A stretch of DNA of 64,000 nucleotides, from positions 8,317-72,316 of the forward strand of contig JACOYX010000017.1 of NCBI GenBank assembly GCA_016181585.1. Direction: 5' to 3'. Below are positions 35,949 to 44,895 of the stretch, in pieces. A program made the translations under genes and the position numbers. The notes below the pieces were generated by a model. That model ran no database searches. It was given only the letters and a program-made list of their open reading frames with translations, and was not told the DNA's origin. The DNA comes from Candidatus Sungiibacteriota bacterium. Its GTDB lineage: Bacteria > Patescibacteriota > Minisyncoccia > Sungbacterales > HO2-52-23. The first letter of the stretch is position 1. Each line of letters begins with the position of its first letter.

Positions 35949-36947
35949 TTATAATATCTGTGTAAAGGTATCAAGGTGCTTTGTAATCCTTAAACCATGG
36001 CGATAGTCAGTAAACGGTTCGCGATGCTCTTCAATGCAGGAAATAAAATGCTCAAGTTCATTTTGCAGAGGCTCGCGAGTGACTCCGTTTTTTACCGTAA
36101 CTTCGGCATATTCTCCGCCATCGATTTCGGCCTTATAAAGCCGCAATGGTTTTTCCTTATTCCGCATTTCATCAAAGACAGCGGCCCCTTTTTCTCCGAC
36201 GACCGAAAACCTCCGGATCTTTTCAGGTGCGCACCATGAAGTGAGCACAGTAACCGGAATCATTGCTTGACTCGCGTTTCCTATTCCAATGTTCTCAAGA
36301 ATTTGAGAATAAGCTTTGGAGTTAATCGCAAACGATACGTTTGCAAAATCATCCCTGCCTTTTTTGAAAAAATCTTCAAACCGCGCGAATTTTTGCTCGA
36401 TAGAAAATCCGCCAAAGAGGTAGTCGAGAATCGCAAATTCATGCGTTGCTGTTTCCCAAAAACACCCTGTATTTCCTGTAAGCGGAAAAGTATAAAAATG
36501 CTCCGCATGAATATAGTGAATTTTACCAAAAAATCCGCTGTCAAGCTTTTGTTTCAGGAGCCTAATATGATCATTGTAGCAATACTGATGCCCGATCATT
36601 AAAATTTTTCCGCTGTCTTTCACGATGCCCGCCAGCGCTTCCGCCTCTTCGAGCGTTGCGGTCATCGGCTTTTCAAGCAATACATGCTTTCCCTGCTTCA
36701 GTGCGGAAGATGCAAGCGTAAAATGTATTTTTGTGGGTGTTGCAATTATCATCGCATCAATACTCGAATCATGAAAAATTTCTTCAGCATTCGTGGTTTT
36801 TTTGATTGCATCTGCTACCTGAATTTCTTTCAGCGTTTTCTCTGAAGACGCGGCAACAGCTACAAGCGTAATACCCGGCATATCCTGTAACAATCGCAAA
36901 TAATTTTTGCCAAATTTTCCGATGCCAACAAGTCCAAACCTGATCAT
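35949..36947 (-). CDS. Gfo/Idh/MocA family oxidoreductase
   Basis: GIGKFG, IATP, HVLLEKPM, MIGH. Confidence 0.9.
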   Translation of the reverse strand: MIRFGLVGIGKFGKNYLRLLQDMPGITLVAVAASSEKTLKEIQVADAIKKTTNAEEIFHDSSIDAMIIATPTKIHFTLASSALKQGKHVLLEKPMTATLEEAEALAGIVKDSGKILMIGHQYCYNDHIRLLKQKLDSGFFGKIHYIHAEHFYTFPLTGNTGCFWETATHEFAILDYLFGGFSIEQKFARFEDFFKKGRDDFANVSFAINSKAYSQILENIGIGNASQAMIPVTVLTSWCAPEKIRRFSVVGEKGAAVFDEMRNKEKPLRLYKAEIDGGEYAEVTVKNGVTREPLQNELEHFISCIEEHREPFTDYRHGLRITKHLDTFTQIL

Positions 36948-37351
36948 GAATCAAGAAGTTTAACTCTTATAGTATCCGCCTCGTATTCATCCTGATTGCG
37001 CGACTCGGTGGCAAAGGCGAGAAACACCGAATCCTCGAGCGCTTTTGCGGCATGTATCATCATAGGCGGCGTGTATACCATATCTCCAGGTCCCAGCACC
37101 GCGGTTTCCACCTCCTCGCCGCCTTCCGCCGGCTTCTCATGCCATTCCATTTTTCCCGAGATGATAAAACAAAAATGCGCGTCTTTCTTGTGATAATGAT
37201 TTGAACGAATCGCACCCGCTTTTGAAGTGATGTAGAGAATGGATTTTATCGCGGTTTTGCCGTCATCCAAAACTTTGGTTATTGCTCCCCGCGTATCGAT
37301 AAATTCCGGTGTTTGATGGTGAGTTATATGCATATATTTTGCTATGGACAT
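36944..37351 (-). CDS. cupin (FdtA/RmlC-like NDP-sugar isomerase)
   Basis: DTRG, RSNHYHK, TPPMMIHA; start uncertain. Confidence 0.75.
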   Translation of the reverse strand: MSIAKYMHITHHQTPEFIDTRGAITKVLDDGKTAIKSILYITSKAGAIRSNHYHKKDAHFCFIISGKMEWHEKPAEGGEEVETAVLGPGDMVYTPPMMIHAAKALEDSVFLAFATESRNQDEYEADTIRVKLLDS

Positions 37352-37409
37352 TATTATTTGAGTACTATATAAGAAAGCTAGCACAATTATAAAAAATATT
37401 GGAGTACTC

Positions 37410-37760
37410 GTGTACAAGTGGCAGAATTACGTTAAAGATGTATCGATGGTAATCTTTACTGTTTCACTGCTTTCGAGCGCACCTGTGGTAAACCTCTTTT
37501 TTTCCGGCGAGACCGCAAAAGGGTATATTATTTTAATGTCTGCCATCTTTTTTGGAACAGCAAGTTTTGTTCTTGCTGACTACTGGCACAAACGCAATAT
37601 CCACGCAACTCCTTACGGAAACATAATATCTCTTTTGACTTTTGTCACAGGAATAATAACGCTTTGGCAGTATGGATTTTATTTTTGGGTCCCCCTAATC
37701 CTTTGTGCGTGTTTTATCAGTTTCGGCTATATTATCGCCAAAAATGAGCAAAACAAATAG
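37410..37760 (+). CDS. small four-TM membrane protein
   Basis: SD GGAG + GTG; hydrophobic; terminator at 37768-37795. Confidence 0.65.
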   Translation: MYKWQNYVKDVSMVIFTVSLLSSAPVVNLFFSGETAKGYIILMSAIFFGTASFVLADYWHKRNIHATPYGNIISLLTFVTGIITLWQYGFYFWVPLILCACFISFGYIIAKNEQNK

Positions 37761-37798
37761 TAATCTTGAACATACAGTTTTCGCTGTATGTTTTTATT

Positions 37799-38815
37799 TT
37801 ATCCTTCGTGATATGTCGCTCTCCCCCCAATTTCTTCCCGCCAGCGCATAACATAACTAAACAACTTTCTATTTAGCGCTGAAACGGTAAAAGGAGCGGC
37901 GGCGTATTGCGCCGCAGGGGAAAACTTCATTGCAGAAAGTTTCTCGCGGTAATTTTCCGGATACCGAATTCTATTCGGCGTTACCGCGCCATTCGTGCGG
38001 TACCCCGCCGTAAACATGACTCTTTCTTTTGCGGTGGCGTAGCCCCCCTTATGGAGTCCCGAGGTATCGCAAAAAATAATGGTGCCTACGCGGCCGGTAC
38101 ATACTTTAACGTCTTCTTTATCTATTGTTTTTTCAAGTGTTGAAACATCGGGGTATGCGCCAATGGGCGGCTTCTGCGGGAAAAGCGAACCATACTTCAA
38201 ACCATAGCACGATTTCGCCGCATACATAAATGGCCCCGCGGTTTCATCGACATCGTTCAAATACAAAAAGACCTTGCACATTCTGCGATCCTCGGGATCA
38301 CGGTGCCAACGCTGGGAAGCTATCGCGGCGGCACCACTCCCCACCGGCAATGTTATATTGAGCGTAAGATAATAGAGTTTTGCATAAAGCCCAAAGTATG
38401 CGTTCACTATGTCTACAATATTCGGATATAGCGCGAAACTGTGGAAAGGGTTTTGAAAATTAATAACCGGAGTCGGCTCAAACAAATTCATCAAAAACGG
38501 CTTGCTCACTTTTTCTTTTGCTACCACCCTATCTGTTTTTTCTCTCTGTAAAACTTCAGCATACGCTTTTAATTCTTCTAACATCTTGTTATCGGGAAAA
38601 AACTCATCACAATGTGCGATCGCAATACCATTCTCTTCAAGATCGCGCACAATACGCGCCGCCACTCCGCCAAGCTCACGCTTTTCACTTTCCCATAGCC
38701 TGTTTGGCCGCATATTAACTCCGTATTTCCAAACAGGCCAAACCATGCGCAACCTAAAATATCCTTCAAAAAATGGAAGGAGAATGCGTTTTACCGTCGT
38801 TTTTATTATTCTCAT
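37799..38815 (-). CDS. 2OG-Fe(II) dioxygenase (PhyH-like)
   Basis: SQRWHRD, YLNDV...GP, DTSGLHKGG...R. Confidence 0.8.
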   Translation of the reverse strand: MRIIKTTVKRILLPFFEGYFRLRMVWPVWKYGVNMRPNRLWESEKRELGGVAARIVRDLEENGIAIAHCDEFFPDNKMLEELKAYAEVLQREKTDRVVAKEKVSKPFLMNLFEPTPVINFQNPFHSFALYPNIVDIVNAYFGLYAKLYYLTLNITLPVGSGAAAIASQRWHRDPEDRRMCKVFLYLNDVDETAGPFMYAAKSCYGLKYGSLFPQKPPIGAYPDVSTLEKTIDKEDVKVCTGRVGTIIFCDTSGLHKGGYATAKERVMFTAGYRTNGAVTPNRIRYPENYREKLSAMKFSPAAQYAAAPFTVSALNRKLFSYVMRWREEIGGRATYHEG

Positions 38816-38817
38816 AA

Positions 38818-40593
38818 CTATTTCAAAACAGAATAAATTCTTATCCCTTCTTTATCAAACACTTTCTCAAGCGACGGAGTTACTAAAGCGGGATCCTTGC
38901 CAAGGCCAAGTTCCTTTTCGTCGATATGCAGGTAATCAAGCCGGTAACGCATTGCAGGCTTCTCCACATACGCACTATATTCTTTTACCTTTTCTCTCAA
39001 AATATCGTCCGGCAGTTTTCGTTCATAATGCTTGAAGTTTGCATCAAATGAATGATCTCCGTATTTTTCGGCAAATAAATAATACACGCTTCCTTGAATA
39101 TATGCGCTAAATTCTTCCGGTGTAAAACCGTACAGCCGAGCCAGTGTCATAGTACGCTCCCAAATTTCCCGATCGCTTGCCTGTGTTGCAAACCCAAACG
39201 GCAGAAATATTTTATTTTCCGTATGTAAGAGTATCTCGTTATTACGCGAGCCGGAAAGGGTTCCCACCACCGATCCCTTCTCCGTGTGCTCGCGAAGCCA
39301 TGCAAACACCGCATCATCGCGCCTCAATACCGCATAATCCCCTGAGTGAGTGACAGAATACATTGCGCCGGCATAAAAAGTACCTGCCAAAAAATAGAGC
39401 AAGAAGAATGCGGCTATTGTATTGCCGCGCATCCGTATCTTTTCGGTTGCAGGAACGGCAAACAAATCATAGAGCCGCAAGAAAATAAGCCACGCCGCAA
39501 GCGCCAGCGGCAAAAATTGCACGCGGTACCAATGATCCGGCTGGGGATTAAAACCGGTGATAATTTGCACATTCACCACGGCGAAATACGCAAAAAGCAA
39601 TGCGCCGATAATGCGAAGATGTCTTTTATCATGGTTATGCCAAAAGGCAATAAGAACGAATACAAAAACAAATACGCGAAGATAGCTTTTCCACACACTA
39701 GCAAATCGGAGCGCATGCGAAAACTCTCCGCCGGCGCGAGCCAAAACATCAGGATACTCCAGGAGATGCCAGAAGTTATACCAATACCCGACGGAGCATA
39801 AAACTCCTACAGCCGCAATCGCCGCGGTTTGTTTCGCCGCAGTAAAATCCTTTTTATACAGCGACCAAAAGGAAAAAAGCCCCATTGCCGAAATTAGTGT
39901 TACCCAATCGTAGAGATAGGTATAAAAAAGCGCTCCAAGAGAAACTCCTGCCAGCAAAATAGTTCCTGCAGAATTTCTTTTCATGGCGCGTACAAAGAAA
40001 AAGAGCGCCATAGCAAAAAATAAGAAAGTCAGTTTCGGCTCTTCAAATTGAGAAAAATAAAACGGCTCCTGCATATTTAAAAAAGGAAAAAATAGTTTCC
40101 CGAATTCTTTGAGATTTAAAAAAGTTACCGGTGGAATTGCGATGCCGAATTTCGGAACAAAAAGGAAAATGGTCGCAAACACCAGCGACCATTTTTTTCG
40201 CCCTGAAAGCTCGTATGCTAGAAAATATACCGCAAGAAAAATCAGCATGGGGAAAATAAAATCCGATGCGATAATCCCCGCCTTCATCGAGCCGGATAGC
40301 CGCCCCAATCCTCCGAGCAGTAAAGGATTAAGCATGGGAAGCACCGAAGGGCCTCCTTGATACTCGGCAAGCGCGATATCTCCGCCAAACCATCGCCCCT
40401 GCATGGCCGCATGTGCCCGCGGCGCATAGAGAAGCGCCTCATCGGGATAGCTTTGCGTCGTGATTGGATAATAGACCGCGGTTTTTGCATCGAGAAAATT
40501 CGGTATGATAAAGTGATGGCACGCATAAATCAAACCCACAAAGAGTGATAGGAAAAGTGCAAGATGATGTTTTTTAAATTTTTGAAACATCAA
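38818..40593 (-). CDS. multi-TM membrane protein, probable GT-C fold glycosyltransferase
   Basis: DE motif in the first loop, >10 TM helices, soluble C-terminal domain. Confidence 0.6.
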   Translation of the reverse strand: MMFQKFKKHHLALFLSLFVGLIYACHHFIIPNFLDAKTAVYYPITTQSYPDEALLYAPRAHAAMQGRWFGGDIALAEYQGGPSVLPMLNPLLLGGLGRLSGSMKAGIIASDFIFPMLIFLAVYFLAYELSGRKKWSLVFATIFLFVPKFGIAIPPVTFLNLKEFGKLFFPFLNMQEPFYFSQFEEPKLTFLFFAMALFFFVRAMKRNSAGTILLAGVSLGALFYTYLYDWVTLISAMGLFSFWSLYKKDFTAAKQTAAIAAVGVLCSVGYWYNFWHLLEYPDVLARAGGEFSHALRFASVWKSYLRVFVFVFVLIAFWHNHDKRHLRIIGALLFAYFAVVNVQIITGFNPQPDHWYRVQFLPLALAAWLIFLRLYDLFAVPATEKIRMRGNTIAAFFLLYFLAGTFYAGAMYSVTHSGDYAVLRRDDAVFAWLREHTEKGSVVGTLSGSRNNEILLHTENKIFLPFGFATQASDREIWERTMTLARLYGFTPEEFSAYIQGSVYYLFAEKYGDHSFDANFKHYERKLPDDILREKVKEYSAYVEKPAMRYRLDYLHIDEKELGLGKDPALVTPSLEKVFDKEGIRIYSVLK

Positions 40594-40602
40594 TTTTCTA
40601 GC

Positions 40603-40675
40603 AATATAAAAATGAAAAATGACGGTTAAAATTTAAAATTTCGCATTTTACATTGTCATTTTTCATTTTTATATT
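40603..40675. repeat. AT-rich 21-bp inverted repeat
   Basis: aatataaaaatgaaaaatgac...gtcatttttcatttttatatt. Confidence 0.7.
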
Positions 40676-40779
40676 AGACCCACTGATTAAAGATAAATCT
40701 ACTGCAATTTCATAATTTCGGCCAAAATCGTCTCAAAATTTATTGGCTTACCTTACAGGTAGGCCGCAAATTTTTGAAC
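40675..40779. mobile_element. left part of a family A element (matching right end at 42039-42057)
   Basis: tagacccactgattaaagat..ctactgcaatttc..ttggcttacc..ggtaggccgcaaattt. Confidence 0.65.
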
Positions 40780-42020
40780 TACTTTGGTATGACCCTTTCC
40801 CCTCCCACTGGCATGATAAATTTGCCGCCTTTGGCGATAAAATCCTTTTCCTTTTGTAAAATGATATCCTTGTACGGCCACGCGAGCAAAAAATAATAAT
40901 CAGGAGGATTTTGCCGCGCCCATGAGATATCTACAATAGGAATATGCGTGCCCGGAGTAAATTTGCCGATTTTTGAAGGAAGCGTTTCAGTCGCAAAATC
41001 AAGCACCGACCTGCCGATACCAAAATAATTCAGGAGAGTATTTCCGCGCGCCGGAGCGCCATAGGCCGCAATGCGTTTCCCTTCCCGCTTCAGCCGAAGC
41101 AGTGTCCCTTTTATGTCCTCCCGCAGAGCCTCAACGCTTTTTGCCAATTTTTGATACGAAGAAAAGTTATCAAAACCGCGCATCCTCTCAAGCGCGGAAT
41201 ACCGCCCGACACTTTCTTCGATAGCATACGTGCCCGGACGCGCCGCATAGTAGCGAAGCGAATTCCCTTGCACAGGGAAAGGCTTTACGTCAAAAAGTTC
41301 AAGTCCATACTGCGTCAAAAGCTTATTTAGCGGTTTCACCGCCAAGTAAGACATATGCTCATGATAAACAGAATCAAACGCCAACTGGTCAAACATATCC
41401 CCGAGATAGGGCGCCTCGAACACAAAAACACCTTGTGGAGAAAGAAGCGACACAACACCTTTCATAAGATCATGATGATCATCTATATGTGCCACGACAT
41501 TATTGCCGATAATTACATCGGCCTGTCCGAATTCGTCTGCAATTTTCTGTGCCGTCGCTTCACCGAAAAATTCCGCACGCGTCATAACTCCGCGCTCGTT
41601 TGCCATCGCCGCAACATTTTCCGCAGGATCAACCCCCAGTACCTGCACGCCGTATTGTTTGATTAAATAAAGCAAATGCCCGTCGTTTGATCCGATTTCT
41701 ATAACAAATTTTCCCGTATCAGGCAAAAACCGCGCCCGCATTTCCTCCGCATAGCCCGTGAAATGCAAAGAGCTGGGAATACCGGAAGAAAGATATACAT
41801 AGTCATGCACAAAGAGAAGCCGCGGATCAACCACATGGCTTAATTGCACCAGATTGCAGTTTTCACAAAACACGAGACCTAAAGGAAAACGTTTTTCCGA
41901 CGCAAACGATGCAGTATCGCGAAGCAGTGAATTTGCCAGTGGCTGATCCCCCAAATCAAAAAAATGTCTGAGACTTTCCGACTCGCACATTCTACATTTT
42001 ATTTGTTGATAAACATCCAC
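40779..42020 (-). CDS. NDP-hexose C-methyltransferase (C3-methyltransferase family)
   Basis: CRMC..CENC Zn site, EIGSNDG, NVVAH, YHEH, YGAPARGNTLLN, LAW. Confidence 0.92.
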   Translation of the reverse strand: MDVYQQIKCRMCESESLRHFFDLGDQPLANSLLRDTASFASEKRFPLGLVFCENCNLVQLSHVVDPRLLFVHDYVYLSSGIPSSLHFTGYAEEMRARFLPDTGKFVIEIGSNDGHLLYLIKQYGVQVLGVDPAENVAAMANERGVMTRAEFFGEATAQKIADEFGQADVIIGNNVVAHIDDHHDLMKGVVSLLSPQGVFVFEAPYLGDMFDQLAFDSVYHEHMSYLAVKPLNKLLTQYGLELFDVKPFPVQGNSLRYYAARPGTYAIEESVGRYSALERMRGFDNFSSYQKLAKSVEALREDIKGTLLRLKREGKRIAAYGAPARGNTLLNYFGIGRSVLDFATETLPSKIGKFTPGTHIPIVDISWARQNPPDYYFLLAWPYKDIILQKEKDFIAKGGKFIMPVGGERVIPK

Positions 42021-42062
42021 GTTGATAATTTAAAAGATATCTTTACGTATAGGTCTATTTAA

Positions 42063-42386
42063 TGGGTTTGTTGCCGAATATCGCTTATGAGCTACGATTG
42101 CATAAATTCGGGTAAATCGCATCGCGATTTACGGGAAATTTAGCGAAGCCGGGTATTCCCGTGCGAAGCGTAAAATTTCCCCGGCTTTTGCTCAAGGAAG
42201 CAAAAGAATTTTTCAAAAAAATTCTTGGCTTATCTCAGCATATAGGCCTTAAACGGTCGATCAGTCCCAGACCGTTCGTACCGAACGGCATGGACCAAGT
42301 CAGGTTTTAGACCGCGTAGTTTGTGTGAGTATTTGCCTCGTCCAGACATGTCGGGATCGCTTCAAAGGCTATTCGGCAACAGTCCC
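42063..42386. mobile_element. MITE-like element, family B, copy 2, with nested modules
   Basis: gggtttgttgccgaata...tattcggcaacagtccc, TTAA on both sides. Confidence 0.8.
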
Positions 42387-42440
42387 TTAAAGCAGATTGA
42401 GCCTTTTTATACTAAAAAGAATTCAAAATAAAGGCAAATA

Positions 42441-42466
42441 GAAAAACCCTTCTGAAAGGGTTTTTC
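42441..42466 (-). terminator. intrinsic terminator
   Basis: aaaaaccctt-ctga-aagggttttt. Confidence 0.7.
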
Positions 42467-42477
42467 TCCAGAAACAG

Positions 42478-43557
42478 TTAACCCCACATAACGTCATCGT
42501 GCTTAATCACCGTATCGAGCGGAATATCTACTTTAGTTTTTTTGCCGATTACTTTTTCAATCATGTTAGGCTTCAAACCGTATCCAGGGCTTTTGCAGGT
42601 AAGCATGGATGCGCTGATTACTGTGCCCGCCGGAATTGCGGCGGCGGAAACTATACTTTTTGAATGCTTCTCCCGCGTCTTCTTTTCTTCTTCAGTAAAT
42701 TTCTTTACCGGCTCGCCAAATGCTTTTTCAATTCTGCGTGTATCCCTCACCATTGAGTTGAATGTCTCCGGTTCGATGCTTACCGTCGCATGATCCGGCC
42801 CAGGAAGAGAACGATCAAGCGTGAAGTGGCGCTCCACCGAAACCGCACCCAGTGTCACCGCCGCAAGCGTCGGCAAGGTATCCTGCTCATGACCGGAATA
42901 GCCGATCGGGAGCGGAGCATAGCGTTCCTTCAAAAGCGGGATTGTTTTTAAATTTATTTTTTCATCCGGAGAAGGATACACCGAAACACAATGCTTGATA
43001 ATCAACTGATCATTGTGTTTTAAAATAGCGTCTACCGCTTCATCAAGCTCTTCGATCGTGCACATACCCGTGGAAAGGAACATCGGTTTTCCTTTTTTTG
43101 CCACATATTCAAGCAGAGGAATATTGGTTACGTCAAAAGACGCAACTTTGTATACCGGAACATTTATTTCCTCCAAAAAATCAGTGCTTTTTTTATCAAA
43201 GGGAGTTGCAAAAAATATGACTCCGAGAGAATCTGACAACGCTTTGAGTTTGGCAAATTCCTCCTGATTGAGCTCAAGCGCTTGGCGGTATTCGCCGTAT
43301 GTTTTCCCGAAAATCTGGTCTTTATTTTGCGGCTTATCCACGAGCTCCTTGGCAAAGGTTTCGTTAATGAACCGCTTCTGCAATTTCACCGCATCCGCAC
43401 CGGCTTTCACCGCTTCCTCGATAGAACGCTTTGCAAGGTAATAATCGCCGTTATGGTTATTGCCGATTTCCGCGATAAAAAACACGGACTCTCCTTCTCC
43501 CACATATTTATTGCCAACCTTGACACGATTCGGGAGATTCTTTTTTGCTAAAGTCAT
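42478..43557 (-). CDS. neuB: NeuB-family synthase with SAF domain (third copy)
   Basis: IAEIGNNHNGD, KVASFD, KHCVSVYP, GYSGHE, ERHFTLD, KSPGYG. Confidence 0.93.
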   Translation of the reverse strand: MTLAKKNLPNRVKVGNKYVGEGESVFFIAEIGNNHNGDYYLAKRSIEEAVKAGADAVKLQKRFINETFAKELVDKPQNKDQIFGKTYGEYRQALELNQEEFAKLKALSDSLGVIFFATPFDKKSTDFLEEINVPVYKVASFDVTNIPLLEYVAKKGKPMFLSTGMCTIEELDEAVDAILKHNDQLIIKHCVSVYPSPDEKINLKTIPLLKERYAPLPIGYSGHEQDTLPTLAAVTLGAVSVERHFTLDRSLPGPDHATVSIEPETFNSMVRDTRRIEKAFGEPVKKFTEEEKKTREKHSKSIVSAAAIPAGTVISASMLTCKSPGYGLKPNMIEKVIGKKTKVDIPLDTVIKHDDVMWG

Positions 43558-43562
43558 GGTAT

Positions 43563-43628
43563 AGAATCACGAATTATGAATAATGAATTATGGAATTAAC
43601 CATGACTCATGATTCTTGATTCATGCTT
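43563..43628. repeat. inverted heptamer tandem repeats
   Basis: gaatcac gaattat gaataat gaattat ... catgact catgatt cttgatt catgctt. Confidence 0.65.
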
Positions 43629-43689
43629 CAGTTGTACAAACAAAGACAAAAAATAAAACATCCCGTTCAATAAAAAGGTAACAAAAGAA

Positions 43690-44862
43690 TCATTTTGCCG
43701 GATGTTTTTTCAAAATCTCCTCATTTATACCCGTTCCCCACCCGGGCCGATCTTCAATAAGCAATTCCCCGTTTGCTATTTTCGGAACATGAGTAGCCAG
43801 CTCATCTTTCCATGGCACATCATCCACGTCGGTTTCCAAAATCCGCAAATTAGGAATTGCCGCAGAAAAATTGCCGGAAATAAATGTGCCTAAGTGGCTA
43901 TGATGATTATGCGGCGCTACGTTCATTTCGTAGAGCTGTGCCATATCCGCTATTTTTTTTGACTGCGCAAACCCGTTCCATGTTACATCGATACTGGCAA
44001 TATCCATGGCGCGCCGCTCAAAGTATAGCCTGAAATCGCGCGTGCCATAAAGCACCTCGCCGGAACAAATAGGAGTTTTAAGAGCATCTCGAATGATCCG
44101 CAATGATTCCGGATCATAGCAGTCGAGCTCGAGCCACATTAAATTAAATTGTTCAAGCGCGCGGCCAAGGCGGATATATCCCTCCGGTTTGAAATTAAAA
44201 TTTAAATCAAGAATAAAATCAATATCTTCGCCGATCCCCTTGCGCCACGCCGCAACATACCGCACCACATGGTCAATAATTTCTTTGCTTACATTCAATT
44301 CCGGCCCTCCCGCACTGCGGTTAAACCCGGGCATATAAATAAACGGCTTATCTCCAAAAAACGCAGGATTTGTTTTTACGGCTGTATATCCGCTTTTTTT
44401 GATTTCTTCACCGAAGACGGCGATATCTTCCAAAGATTTGATGGCGGGTTTTCCTGCTTTTTCCGCCGCACGCACTCGCGTTGTGCCGCAATGCGACCAG
44501 TATAGTTTAGCGCGATCGCGAATGGGCCCGCCAAACAAACGATGCACAGGAACGCCATACGATTTCCCCGCGATATCTAAAAGCGCGTTTTCAATCCCCG
44601 CAATTCCTTTCTGCACCACACTCCCCGTGCTTTGGCGCGTAACCGCATACATATCCCAAAACAGTTTTTCATACGCGCACGGATCTTTGCCAAGCAATAC
44701 CGGTTCCAAATCCTTGATCACGCCCGCAACGCCAGTAGTCGAACCAAAAGCATCCGTGCAGTCGCTCCATCCGGTTATTCCCCCGTCGGTTTGAATTTTT
44801 ACAAAAGCCCACGTGCGCCACCCTCCGTCGCAGTGAAGTACATCGATTTTGGTGATTTTCAT
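43690..44862 (-). CDS. mandelate racemase / acid-sugar dehydratase (enolase superfamily)
   Basis: IENALLDIAGK, DLNFN, WLE, SGE, APHN, RPGWG. Confidence 0.9.
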   Translation of the reverse strand: MKITKIDVLHCDGGWRTWAFVKIQTDGGITGWSDCTDAFGSTTGVAGVIKDLEPVLLGKDPCAYEKLFWDMYAVTRQSTGSVVQKGIAGIENALLDIAGKSYGVPVHRLFGGPIRDRAKLYWSHCGTTRVRAAEKAGKPAIKSLEDIAVFGEEIKKSGYTAVKTNPAFFGDKPFIYMPGFNRSAGGPELNVSKEIIDHVVRYVAAWRKGIGEDIDFILDLNFNFKPEGYIRLGRALEQFNLMWLELDCYDPESLRIIRDALKTPICSGEVLYGTRDFRLYFERRAMDIASIDVTWNGFAQSKKIADMAQLYEMNVAPHNHHSHLGTFISGNFSAAIPNLRILETDVDDVPWKDELATHVPKIANGELLIEDRPGWGTGINEEILKKHPAK

Positions 44863-44895
44863 TGGTGAAAAAACAATACCATATATTGCTTCAGT

